Assembly (NCBI GenBank): GCA_019058275.1
Contig: JAHLVW010000016.1
Location: 1 to 64,000, forward strand
Length of the DNA: 64,000 nucleotides
Source of the DNA: Candidatus Heimdallarchaeota archaeon
GTDB lineage: Archaea; Asgardarchaeota; Heimdallarchaeia; JABLTI01
Direction of reading: 5' to 3'
The position numbers were made by a program, and so were the translations under genes. The notes below the pieces were generated by a model. That model saw nothing but the letters and a program-made list of their open reading frames with translations, made no database searches and was not told the DNA's origin. Shown in pieces: positions 1 to 10,342 of this stretch. Within the stretch, counting starts at the first letter, position 1; the number at the start of each line of letters is the position of its first letter.

Positions 1-462
1 AACCTCTGTCTCGAGAGAATCGAAGAGCAAGTATTGCTCACTTTCAATAGAAAAGTCATTAGTGATATCTAGCTTTGTGTAAACTTTTTCAGTAGCATTA
101 TTCACCAGGTAATTCTTAGAACCAGTCAGTTGTGGAATGCCCCAATTTTCTAGATCTTCGTTTTCGTCATAGATTGGAAGAATTCCTAGTAGATCGCTAC
201 TCTTGTCAATGTTTGGCATTAGAAGAGTAGTAGTCACAGTTTGGAATTTCTTTGTTGATAATCCTTTACTCATGTAATCATAATCAACTTCAACAGTTGC
301 AGTTGAAATGAGCACCATGTCAGGAATCAAGTTCTCAGGATTAGCAGCGAATTCTGCTAGTAGTTCATCTTCAGTTGTTGCTGCAGCATCAAAAATACCG
401 ATTGCTGCAGGCATAACAAAAAGATAAACTATGAGGACTATACAAATTGTTCTTTTCTTCAA
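1..462 (-). CDS. Partial secreted/surface protein, paralog of the 479-1954 gene (runs off the window)
   Basis: Not in the ORF track; translated by hand. TTG start at 462 after GGAGG; open to position 1: MKKRTICIVLIVYLFVMPAAIG (signal peptide)...LIPDMVLISTATVEVD. Confidence 0.75.
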   Translation of the reverse strand, partial: MKKRTICIVLIVYLFVMPAAIGIFDAAATTEDELLAEFAANPENLIPDMVLISTATVEVDYDYMSKGLSTKKFQTVTTTLLMPNIDKSSDLLGILPIYDENEDLENWGIPQLTGSKNYLVNNATEKVYTKLDITNDFSIESEQYLLFDSLETEV

Positions 463-478
463 CTTAGTAAGTCCTCCA

Positions 479-1954
479 CTATTTCTTTCTAGTTGCTAGC
501 CAAGCAATTGTAGCAATTAATCCAATACCAGCAGCACCCGAGGTAGCAATTATTATCGCAAGTATTGCACCATCACTAAGACCTAGCTCGTAAGCTTTCA
601 ATCTTGCACGAACCATAAAAGCTGCAAGAGGTTCACAGATTTTTTGAGTGGCACCTGTAACTTTGTCTAGAATGTTTGTTGCAAAACTAGTTGAACTGCC
701 TTTAGACCTTTGTGCAGCAGCAATTATTGCATGAGAAACATCGCTAATACCTTCAGCATCATCGTTTTCTTTCAAGACGTTTGGTTTGATAGCTGTGGTG
801 ATGGTAAATCTTCGAATGGTGTCATCCCTGGTTTCTTTTACATAGGCTTCTGGAGCAGCTAGTTCATTCCTCGCACTTCGAAGCTTGTCGTAAATGTCTT
901 TAGATAAAGGAGGGGGACAGGTACATTTCGTCACACATTCAGTTAGTTTGTAATCATCGATGTCACCAATGGTAATTGCTTTTGCATGGAGATAAGCACC
1001 AACTTCATTATTGATGATTTTAACCCAAGCTTCGTACAAAGCATTCTCAAATTCATCAGCAGTTTCAAAGCCTACACCTTTAACAGTATTATCTTGAAAA
1101 TCTTCAGTATAATCAGCACCAAGCTTGTAGATTTTCTGCCATTCAGTTGTATCATTTAATGTGGAAACATTAATAGGATTAGCGTCTAAACCCATTGTAA
1201 TCTCTTCATATCGTTCATCTCTAAAATCTTGAGTGGAAGGAAGAGAGTAGATGTAGATAGCATCACACATAAGCTCATCAAAAGCAATGTGAAGAATGTA
1301 AGGTCTTGAGCTATTTGTTTGCTCTAAATCAAGCCTATAGAATAAGAATTTTTGAACCGGAACCAGTTCGTTGAGAATTGTTGTATTTGTTGTATCAGCT
1401 GCATCAGAGATATTGCTTGTTAGACCATCTGAATAACTGATAATTATTGTTGTAGCACTTGTAGAATTACTTCTAGCTCTTTTAATTGCTAAAAGATTGT
1501 AAGTATTAGAATTAAAATCATCAGTGATGGCATAAGCATCAGTTTGGTCAGTTTCATTCTTGATATAAGGAGATCCCTTGTCAAGGAATAATTCTAACTG
1601 CCAAGAGCTTACATCATCTTGTACTTCAACAGCAGGATCAATGCTGACATCATCAACATCAGAAGAAGTGATTGATAACTCAGATTTTATAGTCATTCGC
1701 AAACCATTCTTTGTTACTTGAAGATTGCTTAAATGCTCAGTATCAAAGAGTGCTTGCCTAGAAATTTTCGATAGTAAAACAGAGTTAGCGATATCAATAT
1801 CGACATCGGCTGTCGATAAAATAGTCATATCAGGAAAAATTTCAACTTCTGTAGTTGTTGCTGCATGACTATTCGAAATACTAGCACTACTAACAAGGAT
1901 CAAACTTGCAAGAATGATCGAAGTTAGAATTTTGTTATTTATATTTAGCTTCAT
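479..1954 (-). CDS. Secreted protein with C-terminal membrane anchor, function unknown
   Basis: ATG at 1954 follows GGAGG (1966-1970); N-terminal signal peptide; C-terminal hydrophobic helix plus basic tail (WLATRKK). Confidence 0.75.
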   Translation of the reverse strand: MKLNINNKILTSIILASLILVSSASISNSHAATTTEVEIFPDMTILSTADVDIDIANSVLLSKISRQALFDTEHLSNLQVTKNGLRMTIKSELSITSSDVDDVSIDPAVEVQDDVSSWQLELFLDKGSPYIKNETDQTDAYAITDDFNSNTYNLLAIKRARSNSTSATTIIISYSDGLTSNISDAADTTNTTILNELVPVQKFLFYRLDLEQTNSSRPYILHIAFDELMCDAIYIYSLPSTQDFRDERYEEITMGLDANPINVSTLNDTTEWQKIYKLGADYTEDFQDNTVKGVGFETADEFENALYEAWVKIINNEVGAYLHAKAITIGDIDDYKLTECVTKCTCPPPLSKDIYDKLRSARNELAAPEAYVKETRDDTIRRFTITTAIKPNVLKENDDAEGISDVSHAIIAAAQRSKGSSTSFATNILDKVTGATQKICEPLAAFMVRARLKAYELGLSDGAILAIIIATSGAAGIGLIATIAWLATRKK

Positions 1955-2317
1955 TTTTTTGAAAACCTCCCGGGGATCCCCGTCTAGCCCTGGCCTTGGA
2001 ACAGGCATTTTTGTTCGAATGGTCCCTGAGGAAAGATGTTCGAACTATGATTTTGAGTATTTGAGTAGCGAGGATTCCAGGAATTCAATATATACTATAG
2101 AATAAGCAATATAAATGTATTACGAATGTAAGACAAAATAAGTTATTATCAACATAATATATAGAGATGTTTAGTTCAAGTAAGATACAATTTTCAAGTT
2201 CAAGACACCAATTGTGACCACACATTTTGTACACTCGATTTGAGACTTCAAATTGTGAATTTTCTTTATATAGTAAATGAATCAATTTTTCCATAACACA
2301 TTTATGAGGATTCTAAT

Positions 2318-3800
2318 ATGCCTAATGATATAAATTTTGAGAAATTTAGGAAATATGCAAATGAGCAAATTGATCTATTTAAAAATGCAGGAATAGCGGT
2401 ATCTTTTGTTTCCAGTAATGAGGTTTTATTTGAGGAAGGATTTGGATATCGTAATGTTCCAGAAAAATTACCATTTACAACTAAAACTCTTTTTCCGCTT
2501 GGTTCACATACAAAATCCTTCACTGCAACAGCTATTGCAATGCTTGTTGATAGAGATTTACTAGATTGGGATACACCAATAAGAAACTACATTCCGAAAT
2601 TTAGATTAGAAAGTCCATATGCAAGTGAGAAAGTAACAATTCGAGATGTTTTATCACATACAACTGATTTACCACATCACCAATTTACCTTTATGAATAC
2701 TGAATGGAATTATAAAGAAATCTTCAAAAGATTACCACATCTCAAACCAGTATTTGAATTCCGTACAAAACATAAGTATTCTAATTTGAATTATTATTTC
2801 ATAGCAACAAAGATCATTGAAGAACTTACAGGAAAGAATTATTTTTCATTTATGAAGGACAAATTCCTCAAACCATTGGGTATGAAAAATACCAATTTTT
2901 CAGTTGAAATTTCTTTAAAACAGATGATTATACAAAAGGATATAGAAAAACTGATGATGGATTTGCTGAAGAATATTATCCAAATCTTCAATATATTTCT
3001 GTAGGGGCGGGTAGTAGCAATTCTTGTTTAACGGATATGAATAAATGGTTTCAATTTCACTTAATTAAAGGAATGGTAAATGGAAAGCAGCTTATTTCTG
3101 AGAAAACATTAAGCAATTTGTATATAACACAACGAATAGACAATAATCCATTTACTGCAATTGTTCCTGGTAAGAATTATGTTCAAAATTATGGGGGTGC
3201 TTTAGGTTGGTGGGCTGTTGATTATGAGAAACAAAAATCTATCAACATTATGGAACAGGTCCAGGTATAATATTTAATGGCGGATTTATGCCAAATAATG
3301 ACATTGGTTTTATTCTCTTTTCAAACAACTCAGAAATTGATTTGCCTTTTATTTTTAATTTCGACATCGCTGACCAAGTTCTTGGATTAGATTTAATTAA
3401 TTGGGGATCAAAACTAATGAAGTTTGAAGAAATGAAAGCAAAAATGATAGCTAAAAGAAAAGAAGCTTCAGATGATCCTCAAAAGAAGAAAACAAAACCA
3501 TCTCGCTCAATTGAGGAATTTGTAGGGATTTATCACAATCCAAGTTATGGAAAGCTTGAATTTATTGTAGAGGAAAATCAACTTATAGGAAAATTTGGAA
3601 AAGATTCAAAATTAGAAACAAATCATTATCATTATGATACTTATACAATAACTATCACACATCTTGGCGGTTTTGATGATATAAAATTCGTTACATTTAG
3701 AGATAATTTCAAAGGTGAAATATCACATTTGGAAATTAATGCAGAACCAATGCTTGACCCTATAAAATTTGAAAAAATTAACAAAGAAAATATGAAATAA
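2318..3800 (+). pseudogene. Serine hydrolase (AmpC/beta-lactamase family, DUF3471-like C-terminus) split by two frameshifts
   Basis: SxxK (SHTK), YSN and LGMKNT motifs in 2318-3004; the protein continues in the -1 frame from ~2920 and again from ~3235 into 3288-3800. Confidence 0.8.
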
Positions 3801-3805
3801 ACAAC

Positions 3806-5296
3806 TTAATTGTTTGATTGTAACTTTTTGAGAGCTATTTCTGCAGCTAGAGTAGTTGAAGAAATAGTATCTCCAAGTCCTACTGTGAATTTTGGTTTAT
3901 CTACAAGTATTGTTGGAACTGAGATAAGATTAAATCCGTGATACTTTGCAATTCCCAGGGTACGAAATTCATCTTCATTTATATCAGGTTCTTCTTTCAG
4001 AATAGTTACTAATTCTTTATATGCTTTAGTTAGATGGGAATCAATCCTTGTTGAAGAAATTAGTGAATCGACATCTAGGTCCCTTTTTATTTTTCCTGTG
4101 TTTGCTTTTTGGGCTGTGATTAATGATGCGAAACACAATGATTTCTTAACTAATTCATTAGGTATTGAATAGTCATCTTTTGTGAGAACAGTATAACAAC
4201 CAAATTGATGTAGATGTAAGCGTTTAAGCGAAAGTTTCTGACACACCTTTGAACATCCATCTAGTACCTTCTTTTGAAATGGTTCTCTCGAAATTTCTTT
4301 TGCAAGTTTTGATTCACCTATTACACTTAATACTTCAGCTAACTCTCTTTCATTACAACCTATACTATCCCAATAGACATCTTTTCTTAAGAGTTTGAAT
4401 AGTTCTAGCAAGATTACATTGTTTTTTGTGCTGGAAAGTTCCAAATGTAATAGGATATTCGGATTTGATATTTTTGCTTGCTTAGTAAGCTTTAGAACAG
4501 CCATTATTCTTTCTTTTACTTTTTCTAAACCTAATTCAGTAGTATTTAGCAAATGAAATCCTGAAAGTATAATTGCATCTGTGGAAGTAGCAATTAGTTC
4601 TATGCCTTCCCTGAAACTATCTAAAATTTTCAATTCAGCATTTGGTGGATCAAAGGTAGCTATAAAACGATTATTCTTTGGACAGATCCACTCTATACTT
4701 GCTCCGATTTTTATTCCATCATTTTTGTGAATTTCGGATATTAGATGTAAATATAATCTGTCATCAATAGTCTTTACTTTTCTTGGATGTGTGAAGACAA
4801 CCTCTCTATTTTTATTAAATACAGGCATAACAAGATTTTTGTTTCTGGTAAATAATTTTTTGAGTTCGTTAGGTAAAGTGTTAGAATGTACTATTACTTT
4901 TCGTAAACCTAATTCTGATAAAGCATTGGCCATAATACCTGCTTGTCCTCCCATCCTCAGTGTTCTATCGATTGGCAGATTTTCTAAAAGAAAATTGTAC
5001 GTATCTTCATTCTGAATCAACCATTCACTTGCTTTCCCTTTTTCAAAGCAGCCACATAAACCAGCAACATAATCATCTGGTTCCTCGATTATTCCTTTCC
5101 ATTTCACAATTTTTTTGTAAAGTGAAACACTATCAATATCTAATTTGTGAATTAATTCCACAATTCTTTCTGATCTCATATGATAGATTGCGTCAACATT
5201 TGTGTTTAAACCAACAGCAATACCATTTACTAGCTTAAGATTTTTGAAAACTTCTTGAAAAGCTAATTTGTAAAACTCAGACCAAGTTGTACTCAA
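3806..5296 (-). CDS. ADP-dependent glucokinase/phosphofructokinase (PfkC family)
   Basis: NTNVDAI, RMGGQAGIMAN, NRFI, HLELSS and TVGLGDTIS motifs. Confidence 0.9.
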   Translation of the reverse strand: MSTTWSEFYKLAFQEVFKNLKLVNGIAVGLNTNVDAIYHMRSERIVELIHKLDIDSVSLYKKIVKWKGIIEEPDDYVAGLCGCFEKGKASEWLIQNEDTYNFLLENLPIDRTLRMGGQAGIMANALSELGLRKVIVHSNTLPNELKKLFTRNKNLVMPVFNKNREVVFTHPRKVKTIDDRLYLHLISEIHKNDGIKIGASIEWICPKNNRFIATFDPPNAELKILDSFREGIELIATSTDAIILSGFHLLNTTELGLEKVKERIMAVLKLTKQAKISNPNILLHLELSSTKNNVILLELFKLLRKDVYWDSIGCNERELAEVLSVIGESKLAKEISREPFQKKVLDGCSKVCQKLSLKRLHLHQFGCYTVLTKDDYSIPNELVKKSLCFASLITAQKANTGKIKRDLDVDSLISSTRIDSHLTKAYKELVTILKEEPDINEDEFRTLGIAKYHGFNLISVPTILVDKPKFTVGLGDTISSTTLAAEIALKKLQSNN

Positions 5297-5444
5297 GTCA
5301 AGTTAACCTCATATTACTGTGTTAGGTTAGAATTTGCATACAAATGTTTGTTATCGATTTTTCTAATTTAAGTACTAAATATTCTACTTCAAAAATTTAG
5401 TGTAATGAAAAAGAAAAGTAAGGAAGAGTTAATTGTTTTAACAA

Positions 5445-6617
5445 TCACTCATCCGAGGAATCATCGTCTCCGTTATCATCATCTACATCCCGACCCTTGC
5501 TCCATCTTGATGGATACGTTTCTCCAGCAAAGGAATAAGCCAGGATGAACAATATTAAGTAGACGACACATGCTAATGCCAATGCAACAGTCAATGCATG
5601 ATTTCTAATATTTTCCAAATTACCTGATCTTATGAAATCTACAGCAATGAATATTGGTAGCATAATATAGGCACCAAATGGAACATTGTCTCTGTCTGAT
5701 CTTCTGGTTTTCTTGAAGAATCGTAAAATAAACTCCAAGACACCTAAACCAACTGATACACCACTAATAATCCAGAAGATAATATTCCGATTCAGTGATT
5801 CAACATCTAGAAGCATGTAAAGAAGGAATATTCCTATTGCAACCAAAAACTCAACAATATATAGAAAACCTTTTGGTCTTTTACTAAAGCGATCGACTTG
5901 AGAAGCACCTTCATATATGAATGAAGCAAATCCAGCGAAAACTGCTCCAACAGCTACAGAATAACCAAAGCCATAAAGAACATGTATCCAACCAAATCTT
6001 TCAAGTAATGTTCCTGTTGTAGCTCCACCTGTCCAAATAGTCCATATGTTTCCCCAAACTTGACCATACTGAGCACAGAAACCAATCGCTAAGATAACTG
6101 GTATTGCTCCTAATATTAAACCAGGTATAATAGAAATCCACCAAGGTAATTGTGCACCAGTCTTCTTTTTAACTAACCAAGGTACTAAACCAAATGCAGC
6201 GAAGACTGTAATTATTGGTGAACCAAATGGTAAAATAAAGAAAACAAAAATGAAGAGTGCATTAACACTATAAAATAAATTCAATCCTATACTGACTTTT
6301 CTGAGAGCTCTGCCCATATTGTCGAATGTTTCTCCGATTCTGTCTTTATCTATAAACAGAAAAGTAACCCACGGCATACTAAAGAAGAACGGAACTCCAA
6401 ACCACACAACAAACTTCGCAAATCCTTCCGGTAGAAATGGTATAGATGTCTTTCCAATATATGAAAACATTTCCCAGGTTATTATTGGTGGATCAAACCA
6501 ACCAACCTCTGTAAGAGATCCTACCACAAGCAAAATAAAGAATGCTGGAATTGCAAACAAAAGGATTAGTACTATTAACCGTCCAACTTTTAATCCTTGC
6601 AACTTTTTCAATGCCAT
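5445..6617 (-). CDS. Polytopic membrane protein, function unknown
   Basis: About 10 hydrophobic segments and an acidic tail. Confidence 0.7.
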   Translation of the reverse strand: MALKKLQGLKVGRLIVLILLFAIPAFFILLVVGSLTEVGWFDPPIITWEMFSYIGKTSIPFLPEGFAKFVVWFGVPFFFSMPWVTFLFIDKDRIGETFDNMGRALRKVSIGLNLFYSVNALFIFVFFILPFGSPIITVFAAFGLVPWLVKKKTGAQLPWWISIIPGLILGAIPVILAIGFCAQYGQVWGNIWTIWTGGATTGTLLERFGWIHVLYGFGYSVAVGAVFAGFASFIYEGASQVDRFSKRPKGFLYIVEFLVAIGIFLLYMLLDVESLNRNIIFWIISGVSVGLGVLEFILRFFKKTRRSDRDNVPFGAYIMLPIFIAVDFIRSGNLENIRNHALTVALALACVVYLILFILAYSFAGETYPSRWSKGRDVDDDNGDDDSSDE

Positions 6618-6871
6618 TATAGATTCCTCACTATTTTATTTGGGACGTTCATTCATTTAAGGTTGTCCTTATAGCATTTTAAAGCGAAGCCAATGTTTTA
6701 TTCCATGTTACTTATTTCAGCAAATTGCTATCATATTGGAAAAAAACTCCACTAGAAGATGAGGTCAGTAAAGTTTATAAGTGAGTTGATTCTTAATGTT
6801 AGTTCCAATAGAAACTAAGGTTAGTTAAGAGGTCTCCAATTTCTAGCTCAATAAATGAGTAAGGTGAAAAA

Positions 6872-7591
6872 ATGGCTCTCCAAACAAATGGGTTAATTAT
6901 ACCTAGAGGTATGGTTCTACCTTTGAGACTGTACCACATAAATGAAGGATCATTAAGTGCCACGTCTACGATAGTCAATAAACTCAAGCAACATCCAGTA
7001 GAATTTAAAGAACGCAAATATTACGAAGGATTCTCTGATGTGGATTCAAATGGTAGGATGATCAGTGTGTACTATACTATTGGTCAACCAATTACCGTCC
7101 AAAGAATGCAGGATGATGAGTTATCAACACAAGTTGTCTATTCCCAAGGCCGATGTGAATACATTATTCATGTTAAAGAAAAGTACCTCGAATGCAGAGG
7201 AACTTCATGGGTAGCAAAGAAAGGTTTAGGTCCTCTAATGAATATTTTGGGTGTTGAATTTGATGGTGTAAAATTGGATGAGAATTCAATGGTTTCACTC
7301 TGTAGAGATGCAGCCATGGTAAAAACAGTTCAAATATCAGAATTAGATAATCCAGCGTTAAGCCAAATTCAACTAAACGGCGAAATTCTTGATTCTGCTG
7401 AATGGACAATCTATAGAAGGCAAGGAATAATCCGATTCTTTAGAGGATTTATCGATCTTCCAACTGGAGGTCAAATTAGTGCCCAAGTAACAAACAGAGG
7501 TACATTGTTAATCTACAAGAGAGGAGAAGGAATTCCTGCAGAAGATGTCATAGCAGCAGTAAATATAGTCATGAAATTAGCTAAAAACTAA
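6872..7591 (+). CDS. Hypothetical alpha/beta protein
   Basis: 239 aa ORF with AGGTGA RBS and a TTTATAA box at ~6774. Confidence 0.75.
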   Translation: MALQTNGLIIPRGMVLPLRLYHINEGSLSATSTIVNKLKQHPVEFKERKYYEGFSDVDSNGRMISVYYTIGQPITVQRMQDDELSTQVVYSQGRCEYIIHVKEKYLECRGTSWVAKKGLGPLMNILGVEFDGVKLDENSMVSLCRDAAMVKTVQISELDNPALSQIQLNGEILDSAEWTIYRRQGIIRFFRGFIDLPTGGQISAQVTNRGTLLIYKRGEGIPAEDVIAAVNIVMKLAKN

Positions 7592-7606
7592 AACGTTACG
7601 CTTCTT

Positions 7607-7743
7607 TCAAGAGAGACCTTGTTCGAATGGTCTCGTTGAGAGACCTGTTCACCTGCACTGGATTGCGATTGTCCCCTTCCATACGCGCTCCCCATTAATT
7701 CGCAAGGATTAATGGTTTTCTTTTTGGGGTCGTCGCAATCCAG
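7607..7743 (+). ncRNA. Candidate structured RNA (3' UTR element or sRNA)
   Basis: GC-rich intergenic stretch. CTGGATTGCGA/TCGCAATCCAG 11-bp stem, CCCC/GGGG stem, CCATTAATTC-GCAA-GGATTAATGG tetraloop hairpin, GAGACC/GGTCTC hairpin. Confidence 0.6.
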
Positions 7744-7892
7744 CCAATTTTCTCTTTTATGAAAACTTTTTTTCACAAGTTTTAGTATCGTCACTTCTCA
7801 TTGATAAGATTTATTGTTACCTTTTCGTGTTGATTTGAGGAGATGCCTTAACTTTTTATTTCATAAAATGGTTAGTTCTTTAGGTTAGCATC

Positions 7893-8321
7893 ATGTCTTC
7901 TAGTGGTATTCGTGCTGAAAGAGACCTAGTTCACCAATTTTGGAATGCTGGTTTTGCTGTTTTACGGGCACCTTCATCAGGTGGTGGGACCGTTCTACCA
8001 AGACCTGATTTAATCGCTGGGTCAGCAACTCGTCAAAAATTCTTCGTTTTAGAGATTAAAACTGTTCGAAAAGATGTTCTCTATATTTCAGAGGATCAAA
8101 TTAATGGTTTAGTTGAGTTTGCAACTCGGTTGGGTTTTGAAGCTTATCTTGGTGTGAAATTTAAGAACAGAAGAAAGGGATTTTTCTTTCTTAAAGCACC
8201 ATCACAATTGGAACAGGTATCTCGCAGTAAGAATTACAAAGTTTCTTTTGCTCATGCTTCAATTGAAGGTTTATCCTTTGGTGAACTTATAGGAGATTAT
8301 CAGCAAAAGAAACTTGCTTGA
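7893..8321 (+). CDS. hjc: Holliday junction resolvase Hjc
   Basis: G..AERDL, GFAVLRAPSSG, PDLIAG and EIK motifs (archaeal PD-(D/E)xK resolvase). Confidence 0.92.
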   Translation: MSSSGIRAERDLVHQFWNAGFAVLRAPSSGGGTVLPRPDLIAGSATRQKFFVLEIKTVRKDVLYISEDQINGLVEFATRLGFEAYLGVKFKNRRKGFFFLKAPSQLEQVSRSKNYKVSFAHASIEGLSFGELIGDYQQKKLA

Positions 8322-8360
8322 AAAAAAGAGGCATTCTCCCCAAATTTTCAATTGAATTTT

Positions 8361-9587
8361 TTAAAAGTAATAATAGTCTTCTCTATGAGCTCTTGTTTCT
8401 GCTTTTTGAGCTTCTTCTTCAGATTGTTTTATTGCAGCTTCAATTGTAGCTATTGCTGTTTGTATCATATCTTTTACATCACTATTTTTTTCCTTGCTTA
8501 ACAATTCTTGTAGGTGTTCCTTTGAATTGACACTCTTCAATTTACTTAAGGACCAAGCTGAATACTTTCTCACTTCAGGACTTTTATCAGTCCCTAATTG
8601 CCAGAGTAAAGGTTCTACTGCTTTTTTATCATTGATATCACCAAGAGCAATGACAGCTGCACGTCTTACTTGTTCATCTTTAGATTTCTTCAAAGTGTCA
8701 ATTATAGCATTTACTGCTCTCTTCTCTTTATGTTTTCCTAATGAAGCTATGATTTCTTGTTTTACAGCTTCAAAATTTTCTTTGTCTAACTGAGACATCA
8801 AAGCTGATGAAATTCTACTATCTCTTATTCTTCTTAATGCCCATGCAGCTCCCTTTCTAACTATGAGGCTTTTATCATTCTTGAGTGAGTTAACAAGAGG
8901 ATCCACAGAAGTAGTATTTGCGATTCTACCCAATGAAATGACTATTGATTCTCTTACAGAATCATTATCTTCTTTCTTTAAAACTGCAACAAGTGGTTGT
9001 ATTGCAGCTCTACCACCGATACGTCCAAGACCTGCAGCAACTTCTGACCTGATCAAAGCATTTTCAGAAGAAGTTAACAATTCCGTAAATAGAGGGGCAG
9101 CTTTTCTTTCGCCCAACAAGTAAAGAGATTTTATCGCAGCAACAATAATCTTAACATTCTTTTCAGTTATTACTATATTTTGTAAATCATCTGCAGCTGC
9201 TTTATTATTTAATTTACCTATTGCAACTGTTGCTGCTTCTCTAATTAGAATAATCTTCTCATTCAGCATTGCATCTATTAAGGTATTATAAGCAATATCA
9301 TCTCCGAGTTCCCCGAGTGCAGTTAACATTGCAACCTTAACTTTCTTATCAGGATCATGTCTAAAAGTTTCTATCAATAATTCTGTTGCTTCTCGATCCC
9401 CAATTTTTCCTAATGCTTGAGCAGTAGCAACTCTAGTTTCCACATCAGGATTTTCTTTCAAAGCCATCATTAATTCAGGAGTTGCTTTTCTATCACAAAG
9501 TTCTCCTAAAACTTTGGCAGCTTTTACACGTTTAGTAGCTTCTTTAGATTTGAGTTTTTTTAATATCATAGTTATGTTTTCTGACAT
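8361..9587 (-). CDS. HEAT-repeat (PBS lyase-like) protein
   Basis: About 11 repeats of the type VRxxAAxALGxIGDxxAVxxL; likely start ATG at 9587. Confidence 0.88.
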   Translation of the reverse strand: MSENITMILKKLKSKEATKRVKAAKVLGELCDRKATPELMMALKENPDVETRVATAQALGKIGDREATELLIETFRHDPDKKVKVAMLTALGELGDDIAYNTLIDAMLNEKIILIREAATVAIGKLNNKAAADDLQNIVITEKNVKIIVAAIKSLYLLGERKAAPLFTELLTSSENALIRSEVAAGLGRIGGRAAIQPLVAVLKKEDNDSVRESIVISLGRIANTTSVDPLVNSLKNDKSLIVRKGAAWALRRIRDSRISSALMSQLDKENFEAVKQEIIASLGKHKEKRAVNAIIDTLKKSKDEQVRRAAVIALGDINDKKAVEPLLWQLGTDKSPEVRKYSAWSLSKLKSVNSKEHLQELLSKEKNSDVKDMIQTAIATIEAAIKQSEEEAQKAETRAHREDYYYF

Positions 9588-9803
9588 GAAATTATGCTCC
9601 GATTCTTTTACATTGCAGAATTTACTTTTCATCAGTAAATTAAGAGATTATTTTTTTTACATATTTTGAGGGACTTTCACTAGTAAATAAGCGTTATGCT
9701 TTTTATTACAATATTATCAAAATTTCATATCATTTTGAACCTTTAGAAACAGTATATTCTATGCTACTATAAAAGATGTTTGCTAAAAAACTTAAAACTT
9801 TAA

Positions 9804-10316
9804 TTGCCTATTTGTGTGATAGTGATTTGTAACGTGCAAATAAATAAACAAGATATAATTACTCGTAAAATTGATAAAAGTAAAGATATACCACTTATCA
9901 AAGAAATAAGTGTAAAATGCTTTCCAGATGAGGATGCATTTGAAATTGTTAATGCATTATTTGATATTGAACATTTTTATGTGGCGGAATTCGTTAAAGA
10001 AAAGAAAGTGGTTGGTTACATTGCTTTTGGTATCTATTCAATTAGAACCTCACACATTATGATTCTAGCAGTTCATCCAGATTATCAACAAAACGGTATT
10101 GGCTCTATTCTTCTTTCAATGGTAACAGACATTGCTGAAAAATTACCAATTACAAAGATTAGACTTGAAGTAAGAACAACTAATATACCTGCAATTAAAT
10201 TCTATGAAAAATATAATTTTGATATTATTACTAAATTAGAAAGTTATTACGATGATGCATCTAATGCTTACCTTATGACTCGAGATACAAGAAAAGAAAC
10301 GAAAGAAAAAGATTAG
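9804..10316 (+). CDS. RimI/Ard1-type GNAT N-acetyltransferase
   Basis: HIMILAVHPDYQQNGIG, LEVRTTN..AIKFY, YYDD..NAYLM. Confidence 0.88.
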   Translation: MPICVIVICNVQINKQDIITRKIDKSKDIPLIKEISVKCFPDEDAFEIVNALFDIEHFYVAEFVKEKKVVGYIAFGIYSIRTSHIMILAVHPDYQQNGIGSILLSMVTDIAEKLPITKIRLEVRTTNIPAIKFYEKYNFDIITKLESYYDDASNAYLMTRDTRKETKEKD

Positions 10317-10342
10317 ATTTTTGTGTAAGAACACAGCTAAAT

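Noticed and set aside
1965-2050. tRNA or hammerhead ribozyme
   Set aside because: GTTCGAA and CTGAGGA are present, but I could not build a cloverleaf, and hammerhead stems I/II and GAAA are missing
1914-2523. Short ORFs 1914-2105, 2085-2294 and 2302-2523, and the many other short antisense or overlapping ORFs in the track
   Set aside because: No recognisable motifs, and most overlap better-supported genes
7607-7743. tRNA, SECIS or retron msr-msd
   Set aside because: No cloverleaf, no AUGA/GA quartet, no reverse transcriptase nearby
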